A DNA stretch of 64,000 nt from Methylotenera sp. (GTDB lineage Bacteria > Pseudomonadota > Gammaproteobacteria > Burkholderiales > Methylophilaceae). The stretch covers positions 33,427 to 97,426 of the forward strand of contig DATHWQ010000032.1 of NCBI GenBank assembly GCA_035460465.1, in the 5' to 3' direction. Below are positions 31,815-42,045 of the stretch, piece after piece; within the stretch, counting starts at the first letter, position 1; each line of letters begins with the position of its first letter. The translations under genes and the position numbers were made by a program. Below the pieces are notes generated by a model. That model saw only the letters and a list, made by a program, of their open reading frames with translations, was not told where the DNA came from and ran no database searches.

Positions 31815-33068
31815 ATGTGGCAGAATTCTAAGCAAATGAAAACTTCTGCCAACTTTAACCAAAGTTCCACTGAATCAACAATGGTCACCTGCCCTGCCTG
31901 CGGCTTACTTTGTGATGATGTAGTGCTAAGTTCAACATCACCAATCAAGGTGAAAACCAGCTGCGTTAAAAGCATTGATTTTTTTGAACAAACTTATTCC
32001 CGAGTAACACCTAGCATTGCTGGTAAAGCTACCGATTTAGAAACTGCCATTAAAACTGCTGCTCAGATTTTGGACAAAAGTAATCAACCATTGTTCGCGG
32101 GTTTGGGCACAGAAGTACAAGGTATGCGGGCATTACTCCGATTAGCTGAAAAAACCAGCGCAACCTTAGATCACATGTATTCTGAATCTACAGTGCGCAA
32201 TACCCTAGCATTGCAAAATAGCGGCTGGCAGACTACTACACTAACAGAAGTCAAAAACCGCGCTGATGTGATTTTAGCAATTGGTACTAATATCGTGAGC
32301 AGCCATCCACGCTTTTTTGAGAAACTGGTGTGGAACAAAGATAGCTTGTTCAATAAAAGCGCTCCTAATAAATCTGAACCGGAAGTCGTATATTTAGGCA
32401 ATGCTACAGATACATCAACCTTACCTGAATTGATGAATGCATTAAATGCCTTGGCTAACGGCAAAAAATTACATACTGACGCTGTTGCCGGCGTTAAAGT
32501 TGAATCACTCACGGCAATTTTAGATAAATTAAAAGCCGCCCAATATGCTGTAGTTGTCTGGTCTGCGAGTAATTTAAACTTTGCACATGCTGAATTAACG
32601 ATACAAAGCATTACGCGACTCATCGCCAAGCTCAATGAAACGACACGAGTAGCCGGACTACCACTTAACTCCGGCGACGGCGACACCTCAATCAATAACA
32701 CCAACACGTGGCTGAGCGGCTACGCAACCAGAAGTCGCCTCGCTAATGGTCAAGCCGAATATGACACATATCGGTTTTCAACTAAACAGCAAATTAAGCA
32801 GTGTGATGCCTTACTTTGGGTAAGCACTTTCAATGCTTATGCACCGCCGCAAATTGATGCGCCTACTATCGTGATTGGCCATCCGAATACGCAATTTGCT
32901 AAAGTGCCTGATGTATTCATCCCGGTTGGCCTGCCGGGCTTAGATCACACGGGCACCATGTTCCGCATGGATAGCGCTGTTGCCTTACCGCTTAAAAAAG
33001 TACGTGATAATAATTTAGCAACTTTGGCGCAAGTCATGCAAAAACTATTGGATGCGCTGCCATGCTGA
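31815..33068 (+). CDS. fhcB: Formyltransferase/hydrolase complex subunit B (FwdB-like); true start may be slightly downstream
   Basis: TCPACGLLCDD, TTLTEVKNRADV and MFRMDSAVALPL motifs; first gene of the fhc cluster. Confidence 0.9.
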   Translation: MWQNSKQMKTSANFNQSSTESTMVTCPACGLLCDDVVLSSTSPIKVKTSCVKSIDFFEQTYSRVTPSIAGKATDLETAIKTAAQILDKSNQPLFAGLGTEVQGMRALLRLAEKTSATLDHMYSESTVRNTLALQNSGWQTTTLTEVKNRADVILAIGTNIVSSHPRFFEKLVWNKDSLFNKSAPNKSEPEVVYLGNATDTSTLPELMNALNALANGKKLHTDAVAGVKVESLTAILDKLKAAQYAVVVWSASNLNFAHAELTIQSITRLIAKLNETTRVAGLPLNSGDGDTSINNTNTWLSGYATRSRLANGQAEYDTYRFSTKQQIKQCDALLWVSTFNAYAPPQIDAPTIVIGHPNTQFAKVPDVFIPVGLPGLDHTGTMFRMDSAVALPLKKVRDNNLATLAQVMQKLLDALPC

Positions 33069-34747
33069 TACATCTTAAAAATGGCAGAATCTACGACCCT
33101 GCCCATGGTGCAGATGGCGTTGTGCAGGATATTTACATCCGTGACGGTCTTATTATTGCAAAACCTACATCAAATGAAACCATCCATCACAGCTATGATT
33201 TAACCGGAAAAATCGTGATGGCGGGCGCAATAGATATGCACAGCCACATTGGCGGCGGCAAAGTAAATATTGCACGTATGATGTTGCCCGAATATCAGGA
33301 AACCAAGCACTACACTGAGCCGGAAGCACACATCTGCACACCAAACTGTAGCCATAACGCTACACCGAACACGAGTGACACTGGTTTTAGATACATTGAG
33401 ATGGGTTACACCGCCGCTTTTGAGCCGGCTATTTTGCCTATCAATGCCCGTCAAGCACATCTGGAAATGGCTGATACGCCGATGATAGACAAAGGCGGCT
33501 ACGCTATGCTGGGCAATGATGATTACTTTTTGCGACTTTTAAGTAGCAAAGCGGACCAAAAGACCATTAACGACTACGTGGCTTGGACGCTGCATGCGAC
33601 ACAAGCGATTGGCATCAAGGTAGTGAATCCGGGCGGCATTTCAGCCTTTAAATTCAATCAACGCCGGTTGAATTTAGACGAGAACCACAGCTACTATCAA
33701 GTCTCTCCGCGTGAGATATTAAAAAGCCTGAGTACCGCCGTTCATCAACTCGGTATCGCTAAACCCTTGCATGTGCACTGCAACAACTTGGGCGCAGCAG
33801 GTAACTTTGAAACTACCTTAAACACTATGGGCGCTTCCGATGGTGTGCCTATGCATTTGACGCATATTCAGTTCCATAGCTACGGCACAGAAGGCGACAA
33901 AAAATTCTCATCCGCTGCTGCACAAATCTCTGAAGCGCTGAATAAAAACAAGCACATTACCGCCGATGTCGGGCAAATTCTATTCGGCCAAACTGTCACC
34001 GCATCCGGTGACAGCATGATGCAACACTTGAACGCCAAGCATGCCAACCCGAAAAAATCCGTCATTATGGATATTGAATGCGATGCCGGTTGCGGCGTGG
34101 TGCCATTCAAATATCGTGACCAGAATTATGTAAATGCGTTGCAATGGGCGATAGGCTTGGAGATATTCCTATCGGTTGAAGACCCGTGGCGTATTTTCTT
34201 GACCACTGACCATCCCAATGGCGCGCCGTTTACCAGTTACCCACACCTGATTCGCTTGCTAATGGATAAGAGCTTCCGCAACGAAGCCTTTGCTAAATTG
34301 AATCTAGATGCACAGGCCATGAGCAACTTAACCAGCCTAAATCGCGAATATAGCTTATATGAAATTGCGGTGATGACCCGTGCTGGCGCGGCCAAATTGA
34401 TAGGTTTAAACGACCGTGGCCATTTGGGCGTTGGCGCGCCGGCGGATATCACCATTTACACTGACCAGCCAGACCGTGAAGCCATGTTTGCTAAGCCAGA
34501 CTATGTATTCAAAGATGGTGAACTGGTGGTAAAGGATGGAAAAGTCGTCAAAGTGGTATGGGGTAAAACGCATACCGCCAAGCCAGCTTTTGATATTGGC
34601 GTAGAACAAGGATTAAAAGAGTATTTTGATAAATACCATACGATTCAGTTAGATAACTTCAAAATATCGAATGATGAAATTGCTGAAGATGGCCGCGGCG
34701 GGGTCATTATTCATGAAGTTAAACAAACCCCACATGCATCAAATTAA
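33062..34747 (+). CDS. fhcA: Formyltransferase/hydrolase complex subunit A (amidohydrolase)
   Basis: IDMHSHIGGGKVN, KVVNPGG, HVHCNNLG and TTDHPNG motifs. Confidence 0.95.
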   Translation: MLIHLKNGRIYDPAHGADGVVQDIYIRDGLIIAKPTSNETIHHSYDLTGKIVMAGAIDMHSHIGGGKVNIARMMLPEYQETKHYTEPEAHICTPNCSHNATPNTSDTGFRYIEMGYTAAFEPAILPINARQAHLEMADTPMIDKGGYAMLGNDDYFLRLLSSKADQKTINDYVAWTLHATQAIGIKVVNPGGISAFKFNQRRLNLDENHSYYQVSPREILKSLSTAVHQLGIAKPLHVHCNNLGAAGNFETTLNTMGASDGVPMHLTHIQFHSYGTEGDKKFSSAAAQISEALNKNKHITADVGQILFGQTVTASGDSMMQHLNAKHANPKKSVIMDIECDAGCGVVPFKYRDQNYVNALQWAIGLEIFLSVEDPWRIFLTTDHPNGAPFTSYPHLIRLLMDKSFRNEAFAKLNLDAQAMSNLTSLNREYSLYEIAVMTRAGAAKLIGLNDRGHLGVGAPADITIYTDQPDREAMFAKPDYVFKDGELVVKDGKVVKVVWGKTHTAKPAFDIGVEQGLKEYFDKYHTIQLDNFKISNDEIAEDGRGGVIIHEVKQTPHASN

Positions 34748-34756
34748 GGAGTAACC

Positions 34757-35416
34757 ATGAGTAGATTATATGGAGAGCAGCACCGTAAACTTCAGGATGA
34801 ATTTGGCACTAGAGGCATGGCCGATCGTGTAGAAGAACTGGTTTGCAGGACTGAGTTTGATGATGGCGCTAAAGGTTTTATTTCAAGCGCAAACATGTTT
34901 TTTTTATCGTCTGTTGACCATCAAGGCCGCCCCACCACTTCTTATAAAGGCGGCGACCCAGGCTTTGTCAAAGTACTAGACGATACCACATTGATATTTC
35001 CAAGCTATGACGGTAACGGTATGTTCTTTTCTATGGGGAATATCAGTGCCAATCCTAATGTTGGCCTATTATTCATTTCCTTTGAAACACCTAATCGCCT
35101 GCGCGTACAAGGCACTGCAACCATTTCAAGAGACCCGGAATTGCTAGCTCATTACAAAGAAGCGGATTTCGTCGTTGTATTAAAACTATCTGAGTTCTGG
35201 CAAAACTGTCCGCGCTATATTCCTAAATATGAAAAAGTACGTGACTCGCGCTATGTACCGCGCGAACATTGCGAAACACCCTTAGCTGGCTGGAAACAAC
35301 TGGATCTGGTACAAGATATCCTGCCAAAAGCGGACGCGAAAAAAGCACAAGAAGTCGGCATCATCCCTATCGAAGAATGGGTAGGCAAAATTGTCTCTGG
35401 CGATGAAACTGCTTAA
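34757..35416 (+). CDS. Pyridoxamine 5'-phosphate oxidase-like FMN-binding protein
   Basis: SYKGGDPGFV, YDGNGMFFSMGNI, VGLLFISF and NCPRYI motifs; AGGAG RBS. Confidence 0.85.
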   Translation: MSRLYGEQHRKLQDEFGTRGMADRVEELVCRTEFDDGAKGFISSANMFFLSSVDHQGRPTTSYKGGDPGFVKVLDDTTLIFPSYDGNGMFFSMGNISANPNVGLLFISFETPNRLRVQGTATISRDPELLAHYKEADFVVVLKLSEFWQNCPRYIPKYEKVRDSRYVPREHCETPLAGWKQLDLVQDILPKADAKKAQEVGIIPIEEWVGKIVSGDETA

Positions 35417-35436
35417 TCAATATTTTAGAAAAACCA

Positions 35437-36348
35437 ATGTTAATTAATGGCGTAAAAATTGATAACACCTTTGCCGAAGCATTCAATATGCGTGGCACAC
35501 GGGTGACTATTACCGCACAAAACCACAAATGGGCTTACCACGCTGCAAACGCCATGACTGGCTTTGCTACCAGTGTGATTGGTTGCGGCGTTGAAGCCGG
35601 TATTGAGCGCGAACTCACTGCCGATGAAACTCCCGATGGCAGATCCGGCGTCAGCATCCTGATGTTCGCCATGGGCAGCAAAGTACTCATGCAGCAGCTG
35701 GAAACCCGCATGGGGCAATGTATCCTCACCTGCCCTACTGCCGCAGCATTTGCGGGTATAGCAAGCGAAGACCAAATCAGCTTGGGTAAGCATCTACGCT
35801 TTTTTGGTGACGGTTACCAGACTTCAAAGCTTATAGACGGCAAACGGTACTGGCGCATTCCAGTGATGGATGGTGAATTCCTCACAGAAGAAACCACTGG
35901 CATGGTGCGTGCTATTGGCGGTGGTAATTTCCTGATTCTAGCTACCTCACAACCCGAAGCATTGCATGCAGCCGAAACAGCGGTTGAGGCCATGAAACAA
36001 GTACCAAACGTCATCATGCCCTTCCCTGGCGGCGTGGTGCGTTCAGGCTCTAAGGTCGGTAGTAAATACCCCAAAATGTTCGCATCTACTAACGATGCAT
36101 TCTGCCCTACTCTCAAGGGCGTGACCAATACGGAGCTTTCAGCTGATATTGAAAGCGTTATGGAAATCGTGATTGATGGTCTGACCTTTGAAGATATTGC
36201 AGAGTCGATGCGCGTAGGGATACAAGCCATTTGCGATTTAGGTGCCGATAGTGGTGTGAAGCGTATCTCAGCCGGCAACTACGGCGGAAAACTAGGCCCG
36301 CATCATTTCAAACTGCATGAAATTATGGGCAAGACAGCAGCATCATGA
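35437..36348 (+). CDS. fhcD: Formylmethanofuran--tetrahydromethanopterin formyltransferase
   Basis: NTFAEAF, TGFATSVIGC, RSGSKVGS and SAGNYGGKLG motifs. Confidence 0.96.
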   Translation: MLINGVKIDNTFAEAFNMRGTRVTITAQNHKWAYHAANAMTGFATSVIGCGVEAGIERELTADETPDGRSGVSILMFAMGSKVLMQQLETRMGQCILTCPTAAAFAGIASEDQISLGKHLRFFGDGYQTSKLIDGKRYWRIPVMDGEFLTEETTGMVRAIGGGNFLILATSQPEALHAAETAVEAMKQVPNVIMPFPGGVVRSGSKVGSKYPKMFASTNDAFCPTLKGVTNTELSADIESVMEIVIDGLTFEDIAESMRVGIQAICDLGADSGVKRISAGNYGGKLGPHHFKLHEIMGKTAAS

Positions 36349-37154
36349 GCGCGCTCACTTTTACCCTCAAAAAAATGCTACAGCACTCAATTAATTGTGC
36401 AGCGCTGACGCCAAACAATCTGGCGAATAAATCAGCCGCTGAAATCGCCGGTACCCTACTTCAATATGGCAAAAACCAAATACGCACAGTTGAAGTGTTT
36501 GAGATTACTGGCGATGATACACAGAACATCTGCTTCAAAAATAGTACGAACGAACTAGATTATCTAGGTGCAAACATGAGCTCCGGCAACATCACAATCT
36601 ATGGTGATGCCGGTGCGTATTTGGGCTATGGTTTAAGCAAAGGTGAGATTCATTGCCACGGCAATACAGAAGCTTTCGCCGCTTGCAATATGGCGGGCGG
36701 TTTGTTAAAGATTGATGGCAATACTGGCGACTTTCTAGGTGGGGCCTCTGCAGGCTTACGCAAAGGGATGCGTGGCGGTACTGTGATTGTAAAAGGCAAT
36801 GCGGCAGACCGCGTAGGCGACCAGATGCGACGCGGCCTGATTTTGATAGAAGGTAACACTGGCGACTACTGCGGCAGCCGCATGATTGCTGGCACCATAG
36901 GCGTGCTGGGCAATGTAGGTCAATATGCAGGCTTTAATATGCAGCGTGGCACGTTATTATTCAAAAGCACACCTAAACTGCATACCACCATTCAAGATTG
37001 CGGCATGCATACCTTGCCATTTTTAAGCTTGATGTTTAAATCTTTTGAGAAGTACGATACAAAATTTAGTAGTATCAATACGCAACGTGTACAGCGCTGT
37101 GTTGGCGATGTAGCCTGCAATGGCAACGGTGAGATTCTGCTACTAAATATTTAA
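36345..37154 (+). CDS. fhcC: Formyltransferase/hydrolase complex subunit C
   Basis: GXGXG beta-helix repeats (GMRGGTVIVKGN, MRRGLILIEGN). Confidence 0.93.
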   Translation: MSALTFTLKKMLQHSINCAALTPNNLANKSAAEIAGTLLQYGKNQIRTVEVFEITGDDTQNICFKNSTNELDYLGANMSSGNITIYGDAGAYLGYGLSKGEIHCHGNTEAFAACNMAGGLLKIDGNTGDFLGGASAGLRKGMRGGTVIVKGNAADRVGDQMRRGLILIEGNTGDYCGSRMIAGTIGVLGNVGQYAGFNMQRGTLLFKSTPKLHTTIQDCGMHTLPFLSLMFKSFEKYDTKFSSINTQRVQRCVGDVACNGNGEILLLNI

Positions 37155-37205
37155 TTTTAGAAGTCTTTAACGTTTATTACCTGAATATCAACTAGAGGAT
37201 ATGTT

Positions 37206-37733
37206 ATGGAAAATTTACTCAAAAAATTAAAAGGTGACCATGCTGCGTTACCTCCTGCTTTCACTAGCAAAGCTGTTTTTTTCGCTTGGCTTGGTGCCTT
37301 TACTGCCTTTACCGCCATTACTTTATTAAGCGAACAGCTTTCCTATTTGCTGATTCTTGGCTCTTTCGGCGCGTCCTGTGTAATTTTATTTGCTTATCCT
37401 GATGCACCTTTCGCACAGCCTCGTAATACGATAGGCGGACATTTTCTTAGCTCGCTAGTTGGCTTGGTTTTCGTAAGCTTGCTGGGCGTTTCTTGGTGGG
37501 TACTTGCAGCGGCAGTAGGCACTGCAATCGCAGTCATGATGCTCACAAGAACTGTACATCCTCCTGCAGGTTCTAACCCTGTGATTATTTGGCTAATGGC
37601 TGCTTCACATGGTGTTTTGAGTTGGGATTTTCTGTTATTCCCAACGCTGGTTGGCGCAATTATCATCACCTTAGTTGCCTTAATTTATAACAACCTGACG
37701 CGTGAAGGCAATTACCCCAAATACTGGTTCTAA
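37206..37733 (+). CDS. HPP family membrane protein
   Basis: GSFGAS, AQPRN and VHPPAG motifs. Confidence 0.92.
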   Translation: MENLLKKLKGDHAALPPAFTSKAVFFAWLGAFTAFTAITLLSEQLSYLLILGSFGASCVILFAYPDAPFAQPRNTIGGHFLSSLVGLVFVSLLGVSWWVLAAAVGTAIAVMMLTRTVHPPAGSNPVIIWLMAASHGVLSWDFLLFPTLVGAIIITLVALIYNNLTREGNYPKYWF

Positions 37734-37773
37734 AAATGTTAAAATAGGCTTTTCGTTTTAATCGCATTGAAGT

Positions 37774-38736
37774 ATGTCAAAGTATTTAACCGCCGCGTTG
37801 TATAAGTTCGTAAGCTTGCCAGATTACAAACAGTTGCAGGCTCCCATTCAGGCTGCCTGCGAAAGTCACAACATCAAAGGCACGCTTTTGCTAGCTGAAG
37901 AAGGCATCAATGGCACTATTGCAGGTTTGCCCGCAGATATTCACAGAACACTGGATTATTTACGTCAAGACCCGCGCCTAGCGGATTTAGAGCATAAAGA
38001 ATCTTACGCAGACGAGCATCCTTTCTACCGCATGAAAGTGCGCCTCAAAAAAGAAATCGTTACATTAGGTGTACCAGGCGTCAGCCCAACCAAAAAAGTC
38101 GGCACTTATGTGAAACCGGAAGACTGGAACGCGCTGATTTCTGATCCTGATGTGATTTTGATTGATACTCGCAATGATTACGAGGTCGATATCGGCACCT
38201 TCAAAGGTGCGCTAGACCCCAAAACCACAACATTCCGCGAGTTCCCTGAATACGTTGCTCATAACCTCGATAAGACTAAACATAAAAAGGTTGCGATGTT
38301 CTGCACCGGTGGTATTCGTTGTGAAAAAGCATCTTCCTACATGATGGATCAAGGATTTGAAGAGGTTTACCATCTGCAAGGCGGTATCTTGAAATACCTA
38401 GAAACTGTGCCAGAAGAAAAAAGCCTGTGGGAAGGCGAATGCTTTGTGTTCGACCAACGTGTAGCAGTTAGACACAATCTTGAAGTTGGGGAATACGACC
38501 AATGCTACGCCTGCCGTCACCCACTTTCACCGGAAGAGATGCAGAGCGAGCAATATGCGGCAGGTATTTCATGCCCCTATTGCTACGACAAACTTTCAGA
38601 AGAGAAGCGTGCCAGCTTAAGCGAACGACAAAAACAGGTGGCTCTCGCAAAAAAACGTGGTGAAGCACATATTGGCACTACGCAAAAACGCGATACACTC
38701 AATAAACATCACAAACCTGCTGAAAAGCTCAAGTAA
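37774..38736 (+). CDS. trhO: Oxygen-dependent tRNA uridine(34) hydroxylase (rhodanese-like, YceA)
   Basis: [25 protein letters not shown] and GECFVFD motifs. Confidence 0.92.
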   Translation: MSKYLTAALYKFVSLPDYKQLQAPIQAACESHNIKGTLLLAEEGINGTIAGLPADIHRTLDYLRQDPRLADLEHKESYADEHPFYRMKVRLKKEIVTLGVPGVSPTKKVGTYVKPEDWNALISDPDVILIDTRNDYEVDIGTFKGALDPKTTTFREFPEYVAHNLDKTKHKKVAMFCTGGIRCEKASSYMMDQGFEEVYHLQGGILKYLETVPEEKSLWEGECFVFDQRVAVRHNLEVGEYDQCYACRHPLSPEEMQSEQYAAGISCPYCYDKLSEEKRASLSERQKQVALAKKRGEAHIGTTQKRDTLNKHHKPAEKLK

Positions 38737-38753
38737 CGCGAATTGAAAATCCT

Positions 38754-39380
38754 ATGTGCGACTATGCCACTTTAGTAAATACACTCAACCAATTCGCGGA
38801 ACAGTCTAAACATAAACCACTTAAGATAGGCGAAGCGCTTGATTCATTGGATGAGGCAGGTTACGCCTTTATTGCAATTATCCTTGTGCTGCCCTTTCTG
38901 CAGCCTCTGCCACTAGGCCCTATTACAGTGATTGGCGGTGTTGCCTTTGCTACACTCGGTTGGCAACTTTTTCATGGGCATGGGTCGCCGGTGCTGCCAC
39001 AAAAATTGAACAATATAGAATTCTCTGAAAACACTTGGCGGATACTAGTCAATGTTTGTCTCAAAATTCTCGGCTTTTGTAGAAAATTCACCAAGCCACG
39101 TTATCAGACACTGGTAAATGGCAAAAAAGGTCAAAAAATAGGTGGGTTTATATTATTGGCTGCCGGTGGCTTAATGGCGATTCCGTTTGGTGTGCTACCG
39201 CTTAATAATCTGCTGCCCGGCCTAGCGATTTTATTTTATTGCATTGGTGAGCTTGAAAGCGATGGACTGATGTACTTCATCGCATTCTTTTGGCTAATAG
39301 TCACCGTGATTTATTTCATCGCATTCTTTTTAGCTTTATGGTTTTTTGGACAAGAAACATTGGCATTCTTTAACTCATAA
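38754..39380 (+). CDS. Exopolysaccharide synthesis ExoD family membrane protein
   Basis: Four hydrophobic segments; N.LPG.AI...GELESDG pattern typical of ExoD. Confidence 0.75.
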   Translation: MCDYATLVNTLNQFAEQSKHKPLKIGEALDSLDEAGYAFIAIILVLPFLQPLPLGPITVIGGVAFATLGWQLFHGHGSPVLPQKLNNIEFSENTWRILVNVCLKILGFCRKFTKPRYQTLVNGKKGQKIGGFILLAAGGLMAIPFGVLPLNNLLPGLAILFYCIGELESDGLMYFIAFFWLIVTVIYFIAFFLALWFFGQETLAFFNS

Positions 39381-39420
39381 AATCAATCTGTTATCGCACG
39401 AGAGCTATACAAAAAGTACA

Positions 39421-39454
39421 AAATAAAATGCACCCAATTGGGTGCATTTTATTT
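39421..39454. terminator. Bidirectional terminator (perfect 34-bp palindrome)
   Basis: AAATAAAATGCACCCAA/TTGGGTGCATTTTATTT between the convergent exoD-like and argG genes. Confidence 0.8.
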
Positions 39455-39496
39455 AAGCAATTATCCAAATTTACTTCTTGAGCTTACTTTTTGGAC

Positions 39497-40729
39497 TTAT
39501 TTTTTGTTTCGGAGATTCGCCGCGATACGCATTCTTAAAGCATTCAATTTGATAAAGCCACCTGCGTCTTTTTGATCGTAAGCGCCTTCGTCATCTTCAA
39601 ACGTAGCAATGGTTGAATCGAATAATGAGTTCGTTTTGCTATCACGACCTGTGATAATCACGTTACCTTTGTAAAGCTTCACGCGTACCCAGCCATTGAC
39701 TGAAGTTTGTGTGTGGTCAATCAATGTTTGCAATGCAATGCGCTCGGGGCTCCACCAGTAGCCGTTGTAAATCATGCTGGCATAGCGCGGCATTAAATCA
39801 TCTTTCAAGTGCGCTACTTCGCGGTCTAACGTAATGCTTTCAATGGCTCGGTGTGCCTTCAGCATAATCGTACCGCCTGGTGTTTCGTAACAACCGCGAG
39901 ACTTCATACCCACGTAGCGGTTTTCAACTAAATCTAAACGGCCAATACCGTGTTTGCCGCCAATTTTATTCAGATGTGCCAACAACTCATGCGGTTTCAT
40001 GGCCTCGCCATTCAAACTTACCGGGTCGCCGTTCACGTATTCAATATCTAGATACTCAGCGGCATCTGGTGCTTTTTCTGGGCTTACAGACCAACGCCAC
40101 ATTGACTCTTCAGCCTCTGCGGCTGGATTCTCAAGGTGACGACCTTCATAAGAGATATGCAGTAAGTTAGCATCCATACTGTATGGACTGCCGCCTTGTT
40201 TGTGTTTCATATCCACTGGAATACCGTGTTTTTCCGCGTATGCCATCAATTTTTCACGGCTCAACAAATCCCACTCACGCCAAGGTGCGATGATTTGAAT
40301 GTTCGGATTTAACGCATAAGCGCCCAACTCAAAACGCACTTGGTCGTTACCTTTACCGGTTGCGCCGTGAGAAATCGCATCGGCATTCGTTTCAGCAGCA
40401 ATCTCAATCAAACGTTTTGCAATGAGCGGACGTGCAATTGAAGTACCTAATAAGTACTCACCTTCGTAAACCGTATTCGCACGGAACATCGGGAATACGA
40501 AATCACGCACGAACTCTTCACGCACATCATCAATGTAAATCTCTTTTACACCTGCCGCTTTCGCTTTGGCGCGCGCTGGTTCTAGTTCTTCACCTTGACC
40601 CAAGTCAGCAGTAAAAGTCACAACTTCACATTTATACTCGTCTTGCAGCCATTTCAAAATGACTGACGTATCTAAGCCGCCTGAATAGGCCAGCACGACT
40701 TTTTTAATCTCTTTTTTTACATTACTCAT
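39497..40729 (-). CDS. argG: Argininosuccinate synthase
   Basis: [22 protein letters not shown] and KSRGCYETP motifs. Confidence 0.98.
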   Translation of the reverse strand: MSNVKKEIKKVVLAYSGGLDTSVILKWLQDEYKCEVVTFTADLGQGEELEPARAKAKAAGVKEIYIDDVREEFVRDFVFPMFRANTVYEGEYLLGTSIARPLIAKRLIEIAAETNADAISHGATGKGNDQVRFELGAYALNPNIQIIAPWREWDLLSREKLMAYAEKHGIPVDMKHKQGGSPYSMDANLLHISYEGRHLENPAAEAEESMWRWSVSPEKAPDAAEYLDIEYVNGDPVSLNGEAMKPHELLAHLNKIGGKHGIGRLDLVENRYVGMKSRGCYETPGGTIMLKAHRAIESITLDREVAHLKDDLMPRYASMIYNGYWWSPERIALQTLIDHTQTSVNGWVRVKLYKGNVIITGRDSKTNSLFDSTIATFEDDEGAYDQKDAGGFIKLNALRMRIAANLRNKK

Positions 40730-40759
40730 TACTTAACATTCCCAATAAAACTAATTTAG

Positions 40760-41062
40760 CTAATTTAAAAACAAATCAAAAGCGATTAACACGCTGACAA
40801 AACCCATGATGCTCAAACCACTTAAAAACAACCAATCTGCTACACGTTCATATTTATCAGCATTGTCTTGATGCCGTAATGCCCAGAACGACGACCATGC
40901 ACTCACTAAAAAAATGAGTGCATTTATTGCTAATAACTCATCGGCCCATGCAGATATAGCACTTTTAGGTACCAGTTGCACCAGTGATATCACTGTCATG
41001 CATACACCCACCATGGTGGCGGCTACTGGTAGAATATGATAACTGATCTTTTTAGAAGCCAC
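40760..41062 (-). CDS. Small three-TM membrane protein
   Basis: HILPVAATMVGVCMTVI N-terminus, three hydrophobic segments; lies inside the arg operon; GTG start. Confidence 0.75.
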   Translation of the reverse strand: MASKKISYHILPVAATMVGVCMTVISLVQLVPKSAISAWADELLAINALIFLVSAWSSFWALRHQDNADKYERVADWLFLSGLSIMGFVSVLIAFDLFLN

Positions 41063-41082
41063 ACCGACCCAAACTCAACTTA

Positions 41083-41997
41083 TTAAACTCGACCTAATAA
41101 CAGATATTCCATCAGTGCTTTTTGCACATGCAGACGATTTTCTGCTTCATCCCATACCACGCTTTGATTGCCGTCAATGACATCTGCTGCGACTTCTTCA
41201 CCACGATGCGCAGGCAAACAATGCATAAACAATGCATCTTTAGCCGCAACGCGCATCATATCGCTATCCACTTGCCAGTCAGCAAAGTCGCGCATGCGTT
41301 CTTCATTTTCCGCTTCAAAACCCATTGAAGTCCAGACATCAGTCGTAACCAGATCAGCACCTCTAGCAGCTTCCATCGGATCTGAAAACACTTCAAAATG
41401 GTCATTGCCATACAAGTTTGCACGCTCTGGCTCTACTTCATAGCCAGGCGGGGTTGAAACATGCACGTTAAAATCCAGCACTTCAGCCGCTTGCAGCCAT
41501 GTATTGCAGACATTATTACTATCGCCAATCCACGCCACGGTTTTACCTTGGATAGACCCGCGGTGTTCAATGAACGTAAAAATGTCCGCCAAAATCTGGC
41601 ATGGGTGATATTCATTGGTCAAACCATTGATCACTGGCACGCGAGAATTGGCGGCAAAGCGCTCAATAATCTCTTGCTCAAAGGTACGAATCATCACCAA
41701 GTCGCTCATACGTGAAATCACTTGCGCTGCATCTTCTACCGGCTCACCGCGACCTAATTGTGAATCACGTGTATTCAAGTAAATCGCTGAGCCGCCCAAT
41801 TGCTGCATACCCGCTTCAAACGATAGGCGAGTACGTGTACTGGCTTTTTCAAAAATCATCACCAAGGTGCGGTCAGTCAACGGCCAATATTGTTGATAGG
41901 CTTTAAATTGACTTTTTATCCATCGTGTACGCTCGAACACATGCTCGAGTTCACCACGATTTAAGTCATTGAATTGTAAGAAATGTTTGATTTCCAT
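41083..41997 (-). CDS. argF: Ornithine carbamoyltransferase
   Basis: STRTR, HPCQ, HCLP and EAENR motifs. Confidence 0.98.
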   Translation of the reverse strand: MEIKHFLQFNDLNRGELEHVFERTRWIKSQFKAYQQYWPLTDRTLVMIFEKASTRTRLSFEAGMQQLGGSAIYLNTRDSQLGRGEPVEDAAQVISRMSDLVMIRTFEQEIIERFAANSRVPVINGLTNEYHPCQILADIFTFIEHRGSIQGKTVAWIGDSNNVCNTWLQAAEVLDFNVHVSTPPGYEVEPERANLYGNDHFEVFSDPMEAARGADLVTTDVWTSMGFEAENEERMRDFADWQVDSDMMRVAAKDALFMHCLPAHRGEEVAADVIDGNQSVVWDEAENRLHVQKALMEYLLLGRV

Positions 41998-42045
41998 AAT
42001 CTGTTTTTACTGCTTTTTTTGTTCTGGGTCTAATTAACTATTAGT

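Noticed and set aside
39385-39404. AATCTGTTATCGCACGAGAG, a partial match to the regulon box
   Set aside because: It lacks the TGT left arm and lies between convergent genes next to a terminator, so there is no promoter to activate.
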